A stretch of 62,267 nucleotides of DNA, the filler included. It is 6 parts of 6 records of this genome, joined end to end, with 100 filler letters (N's around TTAATTAATTAA, not from the genome) between each part and the next. Parts side by side here need not be neighbours in the genome. Positions count along the whole stretch, not along the records: positions 56,004 to 62,267 come from SRR22947725_4720; 5 more parts are not named here. One strand, given 5' to 3'. Shown piece by piece: positions 59,601 to 62,267 of this stretch. The stretch's first letter is position 1, and every line of letters begins with the position of its first letter. A model generated the notes under the pieces. The model had not been told where the DNA came from. It saw nothing but the letters and a program-made list of their open reading frames with translations, and did no database searches. A program made the translations under genes and the position numbers.

Positions 59601-59734
59601 GCATCCAAGGATACGACGTTGACAAATGCCTGTCCAACGTCACTGGCGCCATGGCCTTGACCCGCGCCAGGATTCAAGACGCCCTGAGCGCGCTCGACGC
59701 CCTCACTACGAAAACCATGGCGCTATGCGTGTAG
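56654..59734 (+). CDS. NatB N-acetyltransferase auxiliary subunit (NAA25/MDM20-like)
   Basis: ERALGPVYEAIDNREFKK N-terminus, TPRs, QQQEALKL..YVWW, LDIKGVLHDS, YEEGTYSKVPEFVDF; ATG 56654. Confidence 0.85.
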   Translation: MHANLERALGPVYEAIDNREFKKCSKLVEAVLRRYPRSHLVRSLKAYVAAQLGKSEIAAQILREVNAEGAEDDRVLHTMSFVYAAIGDSGGMLDAYMSAVEKRPNNAGIRVGLFGQHVRRLSYISQQQEALKLAKLDTANSDRYVWWSICSLMMQFISSNGCGWRGKRGDGCEAASAGDGSSSVGTKLVQLAYSMAERQEKLSGTLSYEKFFLMTELLCGLGRHDEAAERGVRFDTLCTDSIPSSEKAAFVGSLHVRAGAFEAASGVYLDSVRADPHDWVAWHMYLATMLPELVEDPAALPLGGRIDGGIVEAWDMLHLKEIWAGACAAGGLDGDLATRLEHVARVLDGLGEQLPKDQRTTRALALAGLEVAKYEFLCARLGHGGGQEGLCEAVLCAVPRLAVYSSFGADLRGYLAYLDATQKHRVAIEGREACLKAASELRNGADCSPVSESKAFVCVINGFMLQVEVGATLATASELIETYFDNVHLVKDYDPKDRGLGEELLVIAVSSLLEESLGAGRVVGRDCNRGDNTGRISIVSALLLGLVFIDAAQQARRVSAPLRLAASAIYGLLGAESLAAAEFEALDIKGVLHDSLTGHWMIPMIAAACPSEESYQKWFKGIDKLHTVQAQEARDALFTVYEEGTYSKVPEFVDFINCLDKSSTLYVYRSEAAMAACRKACLSGGTIEPVDMKDIPQVHGIIHNDDLTLRPAWYPPSLDGPLFEVHGWWEQLYAGDTLASTPGGLSDAWWLRQYAPTVPPSGQRANWEGKLNQQLALRLRFPGILAAVCSGRRADPPEKIAADSVSWWTRSALEAAGIASPTLTNDPSQLALQLAEAMLPGTDTSDIASVSLLRALTVLVGYQVVFGSDNKGQVPDELERLAKGVTGVGTRCAEALRRKPFAGVPFLARIASEEFLWVSHMIYVYANADGDGIAPKASLAAVAMAVSDSADSLSAALGCLDPLAESIETFKSSYHPLSDCMRRIQGYDVDKCLSNVTGAMALTRARIQDALSALDALTTKTMALCV

Positions 59735-59793
59735 CATAGTTGGCAGAGACCTCGAGAGTACAAGTGTACATACGTTTCAAGTGTACATACGAA

Positions 59794-61078
59794 TCAAGTG
59801 TACATGTGTGTGGATGACTTCTGGAACAAGTAGTGCCCGACCCCAAAGCGCTCACCGTGCTCCCGTGCGAAAAACTCTGCGCACGCCAGGTAGAACAGCC
59901 TCCAGTAAACGTACCACTTGAGCGCCTCCTCCTTCCCGTAGGCTTGCTCGAACAACGGGATGATCTTCGCCTTGCTCGTCGTATGGCGAACAAGCCAGTC
60001 CTCCAGCGTCTTGGCGTAGTGGACGCCGTTGACATACCACTGCCTCAAGATCGACAAATCCTTTTGGAAATGCAACAGGAGATCGGCCGAGGGCGTCTGA
60101 CCCCCGGCAAAGAAGTTCTTCGTCATCCAATCGTCCTCGCTCTCTACGACATAGTGAAAGGGCTGCGGATCAAACAAGCATAGCATGTGAGACGTGACGA
60201 TCCACGCGGCGAGAGACACGATGAGAAGCGCGACGCCGGCACGTTTTGCCATACACATACCAGACCCTTTGCATGAACGAAGATGTGAACGAAGAGCATT
60301 CCTCCAGGACGCAGCCACGACGATATCCTGGCCAACAACGTCTCGTAGTTCTTCATGTGCTCGAACATTTCGATAGATACCACCCGATCAAACGACTCGC
60401 CTTCAAACTCGGCCGTGACGACGTCTTGCGTCTTCACGGTCAAGTTCTTGATTCCCCTGGTCCTCGCCTGCCCGTCAATGTACTCTTTCTGCGTCCTCGA
60501 GTTAGATATTGCCGTGATCCTGGCTTTAGGCAACTTATGGGCCATGAACAGCGACAGCGATCCCCACCCGCATCCGAGCTCCAGAATATCACCGTCAAAT
60601 CCAGTGGCCAGCTGCGCCCGCTGGCACGTGAGCTCCATCATCTCCACCTCGGCCTCCTCCAAAGTCATCCCCGGCCTAGAGTATAAGCAAGAGGAGTACT
60701 TACGGTGCTCACCGAGCACGGTGGTGAAATACTCCGTCGGCACCTCGTAATGCTGCTCGTTCGCTGCATCTTGTTGTTCGGCCACTGGCATCGTCTTGAG
60801 CTCGTCCACGTACTCCTGGAGCTTGTCGCAGTACTCTTCTGCGCTGCTCGGTGTCGTCGACTTCACCCGCTTGGAGATGAGATGGCGGATTCCCGCACCT
60901 GGCGACGGAGCGAGTCCGGGTGGTGCGTCCGAGGGAGTCAGAGGGAGGAAAAAAAGACAAGCACGGGACGGCGTGCGAGCGTGAGCAGACACGCACGGAT
61001 CGCACGGTCCGGCACCACGTCCTTCTCGACAAGGCCCAACACACGGCGAAACAGCTCGTCATACACCGCAGACCCCAT
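59794..61078 (-). CDS. Coclaurine N-methyltransferase/cyclopropane synthase-like SAM methyltransferase; introns 60899-60996 and 60163-60260
   Basis: AANEQHYEVP, LELGCGWGS, VVSIEMFEHMKNY, DWMTKNFFAGG, WRLFYLACAEFF; both 98-nt GT-AG introns restore the frame. Confidence 0.9.
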
Positions 61079-61143
61079 ACTTTGTTCACGGAGCGGCACC
61101 AAACAAGTAAGTCGTTTTTTTTTTCGTCTCGAGGCTGCCCGAT

Positions 61144-62145
61144 ATGCGTGTCACGGTTCTGGGTGGTGGTGTGTGCGGGTTGACCTCTGCACTCCGCATC
61201 AAGCGGGAAATACCCTCGGTGCGGCTCGAGGTCATCGGGGAACGCATTGCCTCACGGACCGCCCCCAATGATGATGACATCACAACGTCTGAGGGCGCAG
61301 CAGGGTTGTGGAAGCCGTTTGCGCTCTCCGGCACCCCGGACGAGCTTGTGAATAGGTGGGGAAGGGAGACCCTGGACCACTACATGGGGATCTACCTCTC
61401 GGGTGCGGCGCCGAATGCCGGGATCCTCCTGTCGAGTGCGTACGAGCTGTTCGAGGAACCGCTGGTGGCGTTACCGGCGTGGAGGGACGTCGTGCCGGCA
61501 TTTAGGAGACTCACACAGGCAGATGTACACTTTTATGACCCCTCTGGCCGTCATGTTGACGGCTATAGCTACGATACCATCATCACCGAGGGCCGGCTGT
61601 ACCTGGGGTGGATTTGCGACCAGCTCGAGGAGATGGGCGTGACGATTACCCAGCGCAAGGTGGAGAGCTTGGAAGAGATTGAATCCGACAGGCTGATCGT
61701 CGACTGCTGTGGACTCGGGAGCCGGGAGCTTTTTGCCGACCAGGAGCTCTACGGCATTCGCGGCCACGTTCTGCGTGTCAGGGCGCCGTGGGTTCGGCAT
61801 CACGTGGAGAGCCACGGTCTTGACGCGACCCGCCCGGCGTATATCATCCCGAACACGGATACCGTTGTGCTGGGGGGCACGAAAGAGAGGAGCGAGGATC
61901 TCTCGTCGACGGAGGAAGAGCGGCGAGAGATTTTTGACCGATGCAAGGAGATTGTGCCGAGCTTGGAGGCCGCCGAGGTTTTGGGACACTGGGTGGGCCT
62001 GCGTCCAGGCCGGGAAGGTATTCGGTTGGAGCTCGAGGAGATTGGCGGGCGGACAGTGATTCACAATGTGGGGCATGGGGGCAGCGGCCTGACGCTGGCG
62101 TGGGGGTGCGCAGGCGACGTTGTCAAGCTTGTAACGAGTCTTTGA
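61144..62145 (+). CDS. D-amino acid/D-aspartate oxidase family flavoenzyme
   Basis: VLGGGVCG, TSEGAAGLW, IRGHVLRVRAPW, YIIP, VGLRPGR, HNVGHGGSG. Confidence 0.9.
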   Translation: MRVTVLGGGVCGLTSALRIKREIPSVRLEVIGERIASRTAPNDDDITTSEGAAGLWKPFALSGTPDELVNRWGRETLDHYMGIYLSGAAPNAGILLSSAYELFEEPLVALPAWRDVVPAFRRLTQADVHFYDPSGRHVDGYSYDTIITEGRLYLGWICDQLEEMGVTITQRKVESLEEIESDRLIVDCCGLGSRELFADQELYGIRGHVLRVRAPWVRHHVESHGLDATRPAYIIPNTDTVVLGGTKERSEDLSSTEEERREIFDRCKEIVPSLEAAEVLGHWVGLRPGREGIRLELEEIGGRTVIHNVGHGGSGLTLAWGCAGDVVKLVTSL

Positions 62146-62267
62146 TTGTACGATACATCATGATTTGACTGACGAATGTGATACGTCGCACGTTTCTTGG
62201 CAATCAAAGCGAACGCTTCCTGTTGGACCTCATCAGACAATGGCGGCTACCGTCAACGCCCGCAGAA

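Noticed and set aside
62180-62240. CTGATGAG on the minus strand suggesting a hammerhead ribozyme
   Set aside because: Stem II is not followed by a properly placed GAAA, and flanking stems are absent

Overview
This window is not one genome. It is six unrelated marine-type contigs joined by five identical 100-nt artificial spacers (44 N + TTAATTAATTAA + 44 N). Taxonomic calls below are inferred from gene content and composition, not from searches. (1) 1-10775: AT-rich alphaproteobacterium, Pelagibacterales-like. rluD-rpoH and purA flank a three-gene cassette: a ~2100-aa HMW1-type TpsA with a glycine-rich (ALK/LTK-GRD-like) domain, its TpsB transporter, and an IalB-family protein. (2) 10876-22437: AT-rich betaproteobacterium, OM43/Methylophilaceae-like. 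It carries a ferredoxin, a TonB-family gene, mpl, metH, ubiK, a sigma54-driven porin-glnK-amtB operon, an orphan 23-aa pqqA missed by the ORF track, mltA, apaG and thiG. (3) 22538-33062 and (6) 56004-62267: a very compact green-algal nuclear genome with short GT-AG introns. Genes include an ALMT-like transporter, an MFS, an alpha/beta hydrolase, cytochrome c peroxidase, APX-R, a kinesin, a Cys-rich surface protein, NAA25, a CNMT/CFA-like methyltransferase and a D-amino acid oxidase. (4) 33163-43602: AT-rich Rhodobacteraceae-like contig with partial tRNA-Cys, cobQ, tolC, pcm and a TRAP-amidase-dehydrogenase cluster. (5) 43703-55903: gammaproteobacterium with an MFS, a feruloyl-CoA synthase-like ligase and two tandem paralogous TonB-dependent receptors, one preceded by a candidate structured RNA leader. 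Best leads: the TpsA-TpsB-IalB cassette, the TBDR leader RNA, the amtB 3' hairpin with an anti-SD-like loop, and the TRAP-amidase operon.
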